Shown in pieces: positions 12,800 through 25,290 of a DNA stretch of 64,000 nucleotides. The notes below the pieces were generated by a model. That model did no database searches, had not been told where the DNA came from, and saw only the letters and a program-made list of their open reading frames with translations. The translations under genes were made by a program, and so were the position numbers. The stretch is from Ophelia neglecta (taxonomy: Eukaryota): NCBI GenBank assembly GCA_965285935.1, contig OZ260663.1:78926001-78990000 (forward strand), written 5' to 3'. How positions within the stretch are numbered: the stretch's first letter is position 1; each line of letters begins with the position of its first letter.

Positions 12800-13520
12800 T
12801 ATTAACTGATTCCTCAAAGACCATTCAAAACGTTCCAAAGCAGCCACCTCAAACTTTGGGCACACACTTGGTTGCCCCTCTACCTCTCTACCCCTGATTG
12901 GCTAGTTTTAATAAACTGAGGTGATTATTTGGATAACAAGGCATTTAGAATCTGATCAAACGGCCTGCTGGCTAACATAATATTAGGCCTAAGGTACATA
13001 ATATAATGAAAAAAATCATTTGTCACAATGAGTAACATGATTGTTCAATGACTCACCAATATAGCCGCTCTCTTAACATGAGATTTGCAATTCAAATAGG
13101 CCTATATTGAATGCTATTGAGTCCTACATGTACATTACCGTGTACTAGCCTATATAGTAAGGTAGCTACTGGTGAGTTTGAATTGGGCATTGATTTGATT
13201 TTAACACCACTTTGTGATTCAAGAAGACTATCAAGAATATCAAATCCACGAAATTCTATCACTTTCCTCGAAATTCTGCCAATTTCCTCAGAAAAAGGAG
13301 ACATTATATCAATTTCCTAGAAATAACGCAAGTTTCCACGAAAAACTAGGAAGTAAAACTGCCGATATCTGCTAAAATTCGTCATTGAGTATCAAATATG
13401 TTTTATTTTATTCGCGGAAAATGTTCTACATCCCCCCCCCACAAATTATGAACCTTCTCTTAGATTTATATTAACTTATTCCTCAAAGACCATTCAATAT
13501 GTTCCAAAGCAGCCTCCTCA
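12800..13520 (+). repeat. Dispersed ~52-bp direct repeat pair
   Basis: TATTAACT.ATTCCTCAAAGACCATTCAA.A.GTTCCAAAGCAGCC.CCTCA at 12800-12851 and 13469-13520. Confidence 0.7.
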
Positions 13521-14367
13521 TATAACGTTCCATAACACACAAACCTCCAGCGCACCACAGACGACGGGCGGGAATAATTGCACAAGTTGCCATTTTTCTT
13601 TTTTTTTTCATCCCAGTTTAGTCGAGGTACATTCTGTGTATTGTCATTTAATCAATGGAAGTATTTTAACGATATATACATACAATTTACTGTAGTTTTT
13701 ATTTACTGACGATGGCATATAATGGCGCTGTAAAGGTTGACAATTAAAAAAAACGAAAAACAAATTCCCAGCGTGTTAACATCGCGGTTTCGCGCATTTT
13801 AAATTCCTAGATTATTATTAGGACGACATTTAGTATTCCTACGCCCGGGATTTAATCCAGTATTTATCTTCGCGCTCGCCATCCGTGTGCATACCACTTA
13901 TCGCAGCTTATTACTTATTTGACATGGAATATCCTATTAAATTTAGGAAGGTTTTGGGTATGATTCAACATGATTCAGGATGTATAATCAATTAACAACT
14001 GAACTTATTATATTCCTATAAGCCTCGATCCTATTAATGTTCTGGTGTTTTGAATCGTGGAACAGCACAGTCAGCTGGTAATAAGCATTAGGCTAAGGAT
14101 TGGTAAACACGCCATCTTATTTTAAACCGCTGAATGCACTGCGTGGGAATAGGCGACCAAGAAGATTACGGTGTTCCGGTGATTAACTCGACCAATTCAT
14201 ATCATTGCCGACCTCCTAGAATGAGGTATTGTTTAGATTCTCAAGCTATGAGGTTTCAATTTCCGAGAAAGTCGTCCAGCGACCCCGCCAATCAATGAGG
14301 ATAAAGGAGTTGTTGAAAGTAACCGATCTCCGAATGGAGCATCACATAAACCTATAAAAGATAACTA

Positions 14368-14563
14368 CAGTGAAACCTGTGAATTAAGACCACCCAAGGG
14401 ACTGGCACATACTGGTCAGATTACAGAGGTGTTCTGTTTACACAGGTTATTTTACATGGAAAGAGTGCACTGTGGTATCTTTATTAATGGTCTGAATTTG
14501 CGGATGGTCTGAATATATACAGATAAATATATATAGATGTGGTCTTTAAGGCAGGTTTCACTG
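14368..14563. mobile_element. MITE family A
   Basis: TA-CAGTGAAACCTG...CAGGTTTCACTG-TA; internal GACCACCCAAGGGACTGG is the reverse complement of sequence in the copy at 23813. Confidence 0.85.
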
Positions 14564-17298
14564 TATGTCTGATATTAACAAATCGCGCTGTAAGACAATG
14601 GAAAACTGCTCGTCGAATGCGAATTTGTTGGCTAAAACGTGTGCTAGCCAATCAGTTGAACATTTCACTTTAAACGATAATCTCCCGTCTTAAGTAACTT
14701 TATTTAACGCCCACGTCAGTCGGTTACGTAGGCCTCATGTGCATGGATTGTCACTGTTATTATGTCTTCGTATTGCTGTTAGATGTAACTGTATTTGAGC
14801 TGCCTGTGCTTGCAGCCATTTCGTGTCAAAAGCAGGTCAGCCGGTGACTTCAGGTCATGGCGAGTTCACGTTCTTCAATCCATCTATAATCCTATGTGTT
14901 TCTCACTAATAATTGATATCAAATTAAAACATAATTTACAGCTTCTTGCATGGTTACTACCGTGGTACTACAGAATACCGTTGCACAAAACAACGTATAG
15001 AATATCGTACAAGTTGCGCTTATAACATATTTCACATACGTTTTTTATGGTTTCCCGGTTCAGGTTTATTCCAAACTTTTATACGCGTGCGTCATTCCTG
15101 CTTTCGTCACACATGTGTGAGTGTGCCTTATTACGAACGAATATAACCTTTATCTGAAGAAAAACTCGATCCGAACAAAAATGTCTTACTGCCGAATAAC
15201 AAGTGAAGTAGCAAATAATAGAGCATGGATTCAAAAACATCATCATGCGCATGTCAAAACAACGTATCTAGAATGGAATGCAGGCTACATAAACGTATTG
15301 TACATTTTAATGTGAAGATTATGTGGACCTAGTAACATAATATAGGTCCAGAACCAACACGTGCAATAACCCCGTTAACGTATATATACTGTCCTCGGAA
15401 CAGACGGTAGTCCCCGGATATTTATCCGTAGGTGACAATTTCTTCGGGACAAATAATACCGCTGAAAATTATGCCAGCGTAAACTTGTCCCCCGGTCGAT
15501 CAACCGCTAAGCGGGTATTTATTTCTGACTTAAATTAAACTGTCAACCAGACAACTCATATAGGCACCGGACTTGGTTATTTACGAGGGATAAGTTGTAC
15601 CAGCCTGATTTATAGCCATGTAGGCCCACTTCGGGTTATTATGTCCAGAATTTATGCCTTATAAACTTCCGACAGACAATTTGACCGTGAACGTTTTGTC
15701 CCTCCGACACCCTTACCCCGGTCCATTCGCTCCTCCAACTACTGTGCTATATAGCTCACAAAATTTCCATCCGTGTTTACAGCAGACTGGAGCAGCAGAC
15801 TTTCGAGCAGTCGCCGCTTTCCTCGACTAGCCGTAATATTCTTTGCGAGCGGCTTCCGCTCTCTCAAATCGATTCGGAGGTTAAAATGAGATTATTACCC
15901 CAGCCGAATCAAGACCGACAAGTTAAACGGCAAGGGAAGAACGAGACTGATACGGAGATCACGACCGTGTACGCTGGCTGTACATATGCAGTCCACGGCC
16001 ATCTCGGCTCCCTACAGTTCATTGTGTTTGTATGATACACGCTCAATGTACACAGTAAACCTATAGTGTAATATGTATCGGCATTCAATACACGGCATTT
16101 AATTTGGAGTCGGAAACGTGGCAGCTGTAAATGGTTGGACTACACAAAGCAGCCTAAGTCATTACGAAAAACCAAATTTTGCTTCCGTTGACGAAAGAAG
16201 ACTCACAAAACGACGAAGAGCTTCTTTAATATTTAACCTTCGACTTTCATATAATTGGAAAGGGTATAGAACAGCATGAGGACTCATGGTATAAAACAAT
16301 CATTAAAAATCAAAAAATGCCGCAGGGATATGTCTAGGTGCTTTAGAACCAATTCTTTTTATGCCCTTTGTGTTTAGTTTGCAAACAATATCGACCGCAT
16401 TCTGGACGTATAATCATAATCTACGGCGTAAAATAATAAGTCACGAAATAATTAATGAGTGTCATCAATGAGTGCCCGCAATGCGTAACAAAAACAGCTA
16501 TATAACGGTCGTATTCCGGACGCGGGTATGGATTCATTCGCCATACTGAAACACTTTACACTAATATGTGACACAAACTGTTTGCATTGAATGGATTTTA
16601 ACAATATTTTTTGAGATTCTTGTTAGTCGGTTATTCATGCTATTATAAGCAGTTCTTTAATTGGTAGAAAACATTCCCATATTTCAGCACATGTGCCAAG
16701 TTAGGATCTTCCCTATCAAAATACTGGGGAAATTAATGTGAATTTAAAAGTGATTGAATGAAATACTACCGGTGAAAAGAGTAAAATTCCATTCGAATCT
16801 AATCATTTTGAACCCAAATGGACGTTAACTGCCCATGCAAAAACTCTCCCAGTAATAAAGTGTTTAATATTGCTATTAATTGCATTTTGGACTTAAATTT
16901 CGGACTCAAGGACAAAACATGGCTAAATCAAAGTATAACATGCAGGGACTCGATTCCAAAATAAATAGGTGACAATACGCGTTATTTTTTATTGTCAGAT
17001 TGAGCTGAAGTACAATGTCGTCCAAGCAATTATCACACTCTTATTTAATCGTCTATTTTGAAAAATTATACGCTTTAATTAATTAAAAACAGAGGCATAC
17101 CAGGTCCATCCAAAGCATAGCATGTTCTATGTAATTGCCAATTCAAGCGTCTATATAATATGTTCATTACATTATATAAAATTAATCAACATTTCACTCC
17201 GTCCTCAAGGATTAAGGTCGCCCAGAGACCTCGAGTCGTCCCTAGATAGGCGTTGGCCAAAGGCCATGACATAAGAGTTCTTTTCAAATAAAGACATG

Positions 17299-17431
17299 CA
17301 GTGGCGGATTAAGGGGGGGGGGGGGCGCAGGGGCCCGGCCCCCTTTTGCCAAAAAGTGGGCCGCATTTTTGCCTTGTCAGCCTTGGACAATTTGCCCCCC
17401 CCCCCTTCCTGGAATTCTAGGTCCGCCACTG
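17299..17431. mobile_element. Short non-autonomous DNA transposon (MITE)
   Basis: TIR CAGTGGCGGA / TCCGCCACTG with G- and C-runs inside; ACATG repeated directly on both flanks (17294-17298, 17432-17436). Confidence 0.75.
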
Positions 17432-17481
17432 ACATGTTTTCATTTTCTAAAGAGATCAGCTGTTTACCAAATATAATTACA

Positions 17482-18520
17482 CTAGCAGTGACCCGTGGGC
17501 AACCACGGTGAAAAGGGCAGCAGTGGATTGAATGGTGGTCTATTCGAAGAGGGCAGTTTTCATTTGTTACTATTATAATGCTGGGTTGAGACAAACAAAT
17601 AGAAAAGTAAGATGGTATAAAGGAATCCATCATAAATGATAGTGCCTATATATTGCCAATGTTGGGAGAGACAAAACAATAAAAGTGCAAACAGATTTGA
17701 ATGAAACATACATAGCAAAGGTAGTCTTAAGTTTTATTCCAGTCATCCAGCGAACACCTCTCGAGCAGTTCATTGAAGAATTTCAGGATACACCACAGTT
17801 TTGGTGACTGTTGTCATGGTGTCTGATGCATAACCCTGCTTTGTGGTGTTCTCGATTTTTACTTTAATGCGTTGAAATGATTTTGTCTGTGAGAAGGCTA
17901 TGTATAGTTGTCCATGTGTGAAAACAGGGTCAGGAAAGTAAATGCCTATTTCTTTGAATGTTTACCCTTGCGCCTTGTTGATCGTCATTAAATAGGCTAT
18001 CCGAGCAGGGAATTGGATGCGTTCTAGGACGATAGTCAAATTCACATCAGATGGGGCGAGTTTAATGCGGGGTATGAGAATCCTCTTCCCTGCCTGTGTG
18101 TTCGCCACAACCACTGTGCCAATTGTGTCGGCATGAAGGTGACGAACAATCTGGCGGGTCCCATTACAAAAGCCATTTTTAATGTCAAGGCTACGAAGGA
18201 GCATTATCAATGCACCCTTCTTCAGGATCACTTTGTGCTCTGGCATTCCTGACGGAGTGAGACTGTTGAGGAATTCAACTGGGAAATTGTTCTCGTCAGG
18301 GTTGTGGGACACAATACAGTCAATGCTCAGGTTTTTTTTTTTTTGCTCCCTGGAGGTTGTTTGAGGATTTCTCTGTTGATGGCCAAGATGGTGTCATTTT
18401 TGGGGGTTAGTATTATTTGTTTGGAAACATCACCCTCTAATGTTGGGTATACTGCTTGTACCAGGTTCCCGTCGCACAGGCACTCATTAGGAATGTGAAT
18501 TGAGCAGTCCCCAAACGTAG
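17482..18520 (-). mobile_element. Helitron remnant (3' end and PIF1 helicase C-terminus)
   Basis: Minus-strand 3' end CCGTGG-TTGC-CCACGG hairpin, then GTCACTG-CTAG|T at 17482, the canonical Helitron terminus. Helicase coding remnant lies upstream. Confidence 0.85.
17770..18520 (-). pseudogene. Helitron PIF1-type helicase pseudogene fragment
   Basis: IILTPKND..., FPVEFLNSLTPSGMPEHKVILKKGALIMLLR, GFCNGTR, RILIPRI, RIQFP..MTINKAQG*TF..IGIY..VFTHGQLYIAFS...VVYPEIL. Premature TAA at 17962 and a frameshift at the poly-T near 18332-18344. Confidence 0.9.
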
Positions 18521-18787
18521 CCCTACAATAATTATATATAAATAGTAACGGTAATGTCCTTATTCCCTCACAATTGAGATAATTTTATTCACACATTTAG
18601 TTTTGAATTCCTACATTAAATTTCTAATCATATCCCAACCGGTACAATTAAATTTCCGTACACTTTAATTTGAATCACTGCAAACAGTTTTCCTACATTT
18701 TAATATCAATAACAATTTCTCTGCATTTTTCTATCTCTCCAAATAAATCCCCGGATGGCAGCTTTGTCTAAGGTTCAGTAATGAGTC

Positions 18788-19200
18788 CAGAGGCGTATGA
18801 AGGAAAATCAAAGTGAGGGGGCCAACTTTACATCAGCAGCATAAAAAGTGTGGGGGGGGGGGGCAAAACATATGATGGCCCCCCACTTTTTTAAGTCGGG
18901 GGGGGGGCATGCCCCCCTGACTTAAAAAAGTGGGTGGGGGGTGCATGCCACTGTACATTGATCTTTACGTGCCAAAAAAACATTGAATAAATTCAATTAT
19001 CGGGTGTGTATTGGTTTGTAAATAACCTGCCTACAGGTAACTGTTTGATGATGGTCTAGCCAACTGAGGACAGACGCTCCTAACCACTGCTGCATTACAC
19101 TGTGACCATTTTGAGAGGGGAAAAAGTAAGAGGGTCATCATTAAAAAGTGGGTGGGCCAAAACATTTGATGCCCCCCCCCCCCCATTTTTTAAGTGCCCC
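18788..19200. repeat. Degenerate G/C-run-rich non-autonomous transposon remnants
   Basis: Repeated AAAAAGTGGG(G)n and (C)nACTTTTT/CATTTTT motifs in direct and inverted orientation. Confidence 0.45.
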
Positions 19201-19213
19201 CGTTTTATTGTCG

Positions 19214-19381
19214 TTTTCCCTCAAGAAGGACTCACTCATTAAAAAAATATTGACAGCCCTTTGATCCCCTGGCCATATATATTTAACCTTGCAAGGGTTT
19301 CTACAAATGGCTTAGTATTGAGCACTTTTCCCAAGAGGAGAACTCATTCATTAATCAAAAAATGACAGCCCTTTGATCACC
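19214..19381 (+). repeat. Imperfect ~55-bp direct repeat pair
   Basis: TTTTCCC..AAGA.G.A.ACTCA.TCATTAA...TGACAGCCCTTTGATC at ~19214-19268 and ~19326-19381. Confidence 0.6.
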
Positions 19382-22300
19382 AGTAGGCTTTGTTCTGAGG
19401 TGTTGAATATCACATTTCGAATTGGGTCATAGCTAAGACGACTGAATGATTAACTGGCACCAACCTCCCATGTTGTTTATTACTTGCCGTGTTAAAATGA
19501 AAGTAACAATGTAGCATATGAATTTTATTTGACAGGTGTCAACACTTGTAAAGGAACCTGTCATAATAGTTTAGTATGTCACAGCTAATTCATGACGTTT
19601 CCCGTACTTGTTGCTGTCAATGATATCCCAAAACATCAGGCGTTTGCAATAGTTTGTTACCAGAACATTACTCTGCCAATAATACCTCAATTTTTGCATA
19701 TATTCTGCCAGTGCAAGGTGTCCACTGGGCATATGTACATATAGCCATCGCTGTCCTTATATATATATAAACAATAACACGCGTGGGAATGAAAATAGGT
19801 CGGGTCAAGCTATAAAGGAATCCAGCGCATTGATACGAATTCAGTGAGCCGTAGACTGGTAAAAAGTAGTACAAACTGTCTATTTTGTCAGAGGGTTTTG
19901 GTGATGTCGAAAACATTCTAATAAACAAACAAATCGAATCGACTCATGCAGCAAGTATCCGACAATATATTACTCATCAAATCGGCCTCCTTTCCCAAGA
20001 AATACACAGCTGACTGTGGCGTACGAATATTCAAAGCTGCGAGTCGTTCGTATCGAGACTGCATGGTCGGGTGTCCACCTTCCCTTCGTAGCAGTGCACA
20101 CAGCTCTGTTCTCTTCGCCTGTAGCGGTGATGCGGAGAAGCTAGATGCGATAAGCATTGGCACCTGCTGCGAAGGGTAGTGTCCAACCCAACCGGATAAA
20201 ATGGCGGCGATCGGCAGACGACAGAGGCGAGCGAAAAGGCCAACGCGCACGGTTCGAAGGTTTACATCGCACCGAACTGGTCCGAAATAAAAAATTCCAC
20301 GATTGGAGCGGACAGAAAGGCGTCGCCAAAAGTTGGAGGCGTACCGTCCGCCAGCGGCCGAGAAAAATCGTAAACAATTGGGTAATATATAATAGATAAC
20401 TCATCTTTATCCAAAATGGCTATTTAAAAATCATTTTGGCCGTCCCTCTCGGCAAGGAGGACGATACTGACAGCTAGCAGCAAACTCTGTTAATAGAAGG
20501 CCACTAGCGGACACGAATGTCTTCATCCGCGCTGGCGAGAGCGTAATATAGGTCTGTCATTACAACACAGAATAGGATCGGCGAGAGTATGCATCCCTGT
20601 ATCACACCACTGGGGGTTTCATACCAGTCTGACTCAAACGGGCCGAACACAACCTTATTACAGATTTTTATATAAAGGCCGCTTAACAGACGCTAGTCTT
20701 GCCCTTGAACTCCCCTCAGCCAACGGTGTCGAACGCTTTGCTTATATATTAAGAAGCTAAGGCATTTTTACAGAGACTTTTCTAGTACGGCATGACCTAA
20801 AGGGAAAACATGTGGTCCTCGAGATTTCAAGCCTGGTAGCGAGATTTTAAACGGTTTTTGTTCAGTCCACTGGTAAACTGCGGAATTGCACGCTTCATGT
20901 TTGCCATTTGATTTATATTTAACAACATGATACAATTCCATCCGAGCTATTAGTAAAATAGAAAATCAGTCAAGATTGATGAGCGTAGCTCAGAAAGCCG
21001 ATGTTTGTTTAATCGCACTAACTGCATTATTGCGGTCGTCTTTTTTTTTTAATTTCGCTGAAATACAATATCGTCTGAGATGTTTGTACCCTGGAGCGTC
21101 ACACCAAGTAATAATATCTTTTGTTTTTGTGTATTTCATCAGACAAAATGCGGGAAAGCGAGATTGCAATGTAGCTTTGAGCAGCGGAAAGTGCTGATAG
21201 TATGAGTTGTTATTAGGCATATACATGATATAAAACGCTCTATAATCTTGACTGTTGACTCGGTGATCAACAGTTTACACTGGTTACCCACATTCTTCTT
21301 CAGTCAGCCTCAGCAGGAAACCGGCAAAGGGAAATATTTTTTTTTTAGTTAGAGCAACCAACAGTAACAAAATAAATAATAAAACTAAGTATTTGTGCTT
21401 ATCACCGTATAAGACTCATCCACGTGATGATCACCAAAATGGCTGATGAACAAGTTTGACCCCTGGCTCATGGCGTCAGTGGACAAGGTTGTATAATAAC
21501 GAACCTCTAAGCCAAGCGGCAATCTAACGAATCGTGACAGCTTCTCAGGTTTGCCAGATGATGTATGATTCTGAGCCAGTTTATACGGCGCACTATGTAA
21601 CTGGGTCATTGGTGGCAACCTGACAAGCCTGCTCACGTCGACACAGGAGAAGAAACGGCTCGCCCGGGCAAAGAATTTGCATCAGCAGCACAAAGCGACA
21701 GCTCCATTGCCTGTCGTTTATATTAATTTTGCCAAAGGGTCATATATGCATGCTAAATTAATTTGCCGACAGACCTATATAGGCATACCTATTGCAATTT
21801 TGCAGCTACCGCGCATCCGAGCAACATATTCATCGCTAACCTGTAAAAATGCAAAGCTTTCTAAGGGCGAAACATAAAAGGCTTTCGGCAGCAAGCTAGT
21901 GTGTGTAATTTCACCAAATTAAACAGCTTTAGATAATCTACTTTTATCATGGTCAAGCCGTCACTTGCGGTTGTCATTTTCACGAAAGCCTTTAACCATG
22001 CATAGCCCCAACAGTCACCGCCCGAATTATTCTGGTTTTCCGGATTATGACGCTCAAGCTGATGCATCGTTCGGCCTTGGTTCCATAGCTGCGAATCTCT
22101 CGGACGGAGCCCGGCAATGATCGATAAACGAGGCAATACTGATTGGACTGGACCAACTTGAATTGGCGCAAACGTCGATTTGCTTCCATCTGGGCGTGTC
22201 GATCGATCGCTCGGTGTTGTAAGTCAATCAGTTTAATTCTGGATAGTACGAAATCTTCTTGCCGATATAAATGCCTTACGTTGTCTAACCTTAGTTTAAC

Positions 22301-23812
22301 ATTCGCTTAGTTTTGTGCCTGATGAGGACCGCAAGACAGCCGCGAAACAACTAATGTGAAACTTATATATATAGGCATATATATATATATATATACATAT
22401 TATATAGCCTCTTTATGGTGACATATCCTTAATCAATATACGTTAAACTTAATACAGGCTTATAGATATTTCGATATATAGGTGTGCACGCGGACAATCA
22501 CAGCACAGTATATACACAATATGAGTTATCTTTGATTATTTAGTCTATATACGCCAGTCTTATAGGTATTAAGTCAGTTCTCTTTTATTACAAGAACATT
22601 TGGGCCTACATTATAGTGTATTTTCGCCATGAAACCAGGCGGTATTGTAAATTTCTGTGGGCATGCCATATTTTGTAACAACACTAGGGCCTATCTTACA
22701 ATTTCTATTGTATCCACCCATCTAAAATGTTATGTTTAAGTCGCACACTTTAAACGTTTTTCTTATGCTCTCCGGAATGCGGAGGTCACATAAATAAATA
22801 ATATACATAGACCCCTTTTTTAGACGTGGGATTGAACCTACACTGTTTACAAGGCCTACAGTGGAATGCCTGTTAATTTATCGCACCCTTGCGCAAAATT
22901 TGACAGTGACGCCTCTAATTTTGTTCCACGACACTTTGTCGAGATCAGTTTGAAGTAGAATATGCATTATTTAATTGTTACGCAACTAAAAAAAATGCAA
23001 TGCATACTGTATTTTAAATGTGATCAGGGTCGTTCACAGGAAATAATAAGTTACATACGCTACGACCTAGTATTCTCTCGAAATAGAGATAAAGTGCCAC
23101 ACGCATAGAGGGATTAAGACAGAGTTGAATTTATAGGCAAATAAAAGTGAATTGCGCGCAAAAGTTCAATATAATAGTGCGCAAAAAACATAACTAATTT
23201 AAGTTAAGTGATTTTTGGTCGTTAAAACTCAAATTGCAATTTAAAACATAAATTCTTATTCCGAAAAAATTAGCTTAACTACCATCATGTGTGCTATACC
23301 TATTAAAACACCAGACAACTTTACACTAATGTAACTACATGTATTTACAAAAACGAAGATTCCACACGTCATAACATTTCAGTTCTCGCCTCTGACAGTA
23401 CGAATCTTGTCTGAAAGTGTGGCTATATTCTGTGCCTAAACGACTGCAGGCGGCACATAATACTTCACTCCCAATACAAAGCGGACAATATACTAACATA
23501 AAATTTATATACCCACATAGATATTAATATATATAGACGCTGTGTTTTGTCCCATTAAAATTAGATAGTGCGCCAAAATCAATCGGCGTTCCCTATAATG
23601 AACTGGTACATTGTGCATATAAGGTGTCCCAGTTTTCCTGAAATCATAATTGTAAGATGGTATTCTAATGGCGGCCGCCTATCTGAATGCTTTAAGAATC
23701 ATGGTCGATATCAAAAAACAAAACCTCTGTATAAAGCCAGAAAGGCGTACAGAGAGTCAGACATAGCCATATAATTGTGCACTGTGTATATACGGTACAA
23801 TGTATAGAAATA

Positions 23813-23991
23813 CAGTAAAACCTGTCTTAAAGACCACCTCTGTATTCACACCACCTGGCGATTCAGACCACCTTTTTGAAAACCATTCTGCATACTTTCA
23901 ATGTAAAGATAACCTGTCTAAACAGACCACCTCCATAATCAGACCAGTGTTTTCCAGTCCCTTGGGTGGTCTTAATTCACAGGTTTCACTG
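23813..23991. mobile_element. MITE family A
   Basis: TA-CAGTAAAACCTG...CAGGTTTCACTG-TA; internal CAGTCCCTTGGGTGGTCTTAATTCACAGG. Confidence 0.85.
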
Positions 23992-25208
23992 TACTATAGT
24001 ATTATATAGGCCTATATAGGCCCAGATACCAACTATGGCGCAGTCTTGTCTAAGAGCCGAGGGAGGGGTTATGATATGATTTTCATGTATATCATATAGT
24101 TATTTTAAAATGCGTTATTCGAGCCCCTAATCGGAGAAAGAGCTCCTCGCTCACTTAGTTCTGTTCTGTGCTGCCTTATATTGAATGAAACAGGAGATTT
24201 GTGAAGAGCGTGTTAATAGACTACCTAATAACTTATAAAAATAAACATAATCTATTATCAGGAGCACTGAAATACACTTTTTTTTCTGCAGGCTGACATC
24301 AGTTGAGCTTGGTACAATGAGGCTCAATAGACCTTTATTTGGAGCGCTTTCATAGACAATCATAATATCTCCTATTAAAATATATGTCTACGGCAATTTT
24401 CATCCTGGTTCTATACGTTGACCACTAACTCATTTGTTTTGTGCTCTAAATCGCCTCATGGAAAATTGATGATTTCTTCTTATTGCAAGTATATCGATTT
24501 TAATTTTTTCAATTTTTCATTTTGCATTACAGTTATAACTAGTGTTTGGATGCTTGGGATTGATGTGTATGTGCCTATATGACTGGGGGTTTCTAATGAT
24601 ATCCAAACGATTTAATGGGCTGATTAGTTATTTTACTTTGTCTGTCGGGTATCCATTCTCGTTTGTCTTCTTAAAAGGAGCTCAGTGTGAGCTTGGCCAC
24701 AGAATCCAGAATCGTGTAGCTCACAACGTGAGTGAGCGGACGCCTCTTGTATACGGAGCTCTATACATGTAGCGGGGCCTAAGTTGGTTCCGAAAGGCAG
24801 GGTGTTATTTTAGACAAGTTATTTTACACTGAATTAGTGTATAATTTGGTTTCCATATTAGTGGTCTGAACTGACAGGTGTACTGCATACAAAGGTGGTA
24901 TTTCAGCCTATTATGTATATATATAGTTAATTATTGTCAGCCAATCAGCGGTCAGATCTTAGAGCAACCGACCATGTAATTCCGATTGCCAAGCTCCACA
25001 CACGATGAGTCCCGCGTGAACAGTTAGGAACCAAAAGGAGTCCCGTGCGACTTTCGGGTTTCGAGCAGGAGTCATTTTTGTCCACAGTCCGCCCAGGTTC
25101 AGAAACGGTTTCACCAAATATTTTGTCAAATTTACGGTTTTAAACCGAAGTCATACGTTTCCTATTTTTAAGCCACAGGCATATGTTGCTAACTATATAG
25201 GCTACATA

Positions 25209-25290
25209 CTGTGAATCCTGTCCTAGAGACCACCTCCTTCAGGCATTCAGACCACCTGTCAATTCAGACCACTAATCTGAAGACCATACT
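25209..25290 (+). mobile_element. MITE family A, partial copy
   Basis: Degenerate left TIR and AGACCACCT..TTCAGACCACCTGTCAATTCAGACCAC matching the 4516 copy; right end missing. Confidence 0.55.

Noticed and set aside
19918-22189. Cluster of 65-110-aa ORFs in CpG-richer DNA
   Set aside because: No recognisable motifs, overlapping on both strands, and no consistent exon chain.
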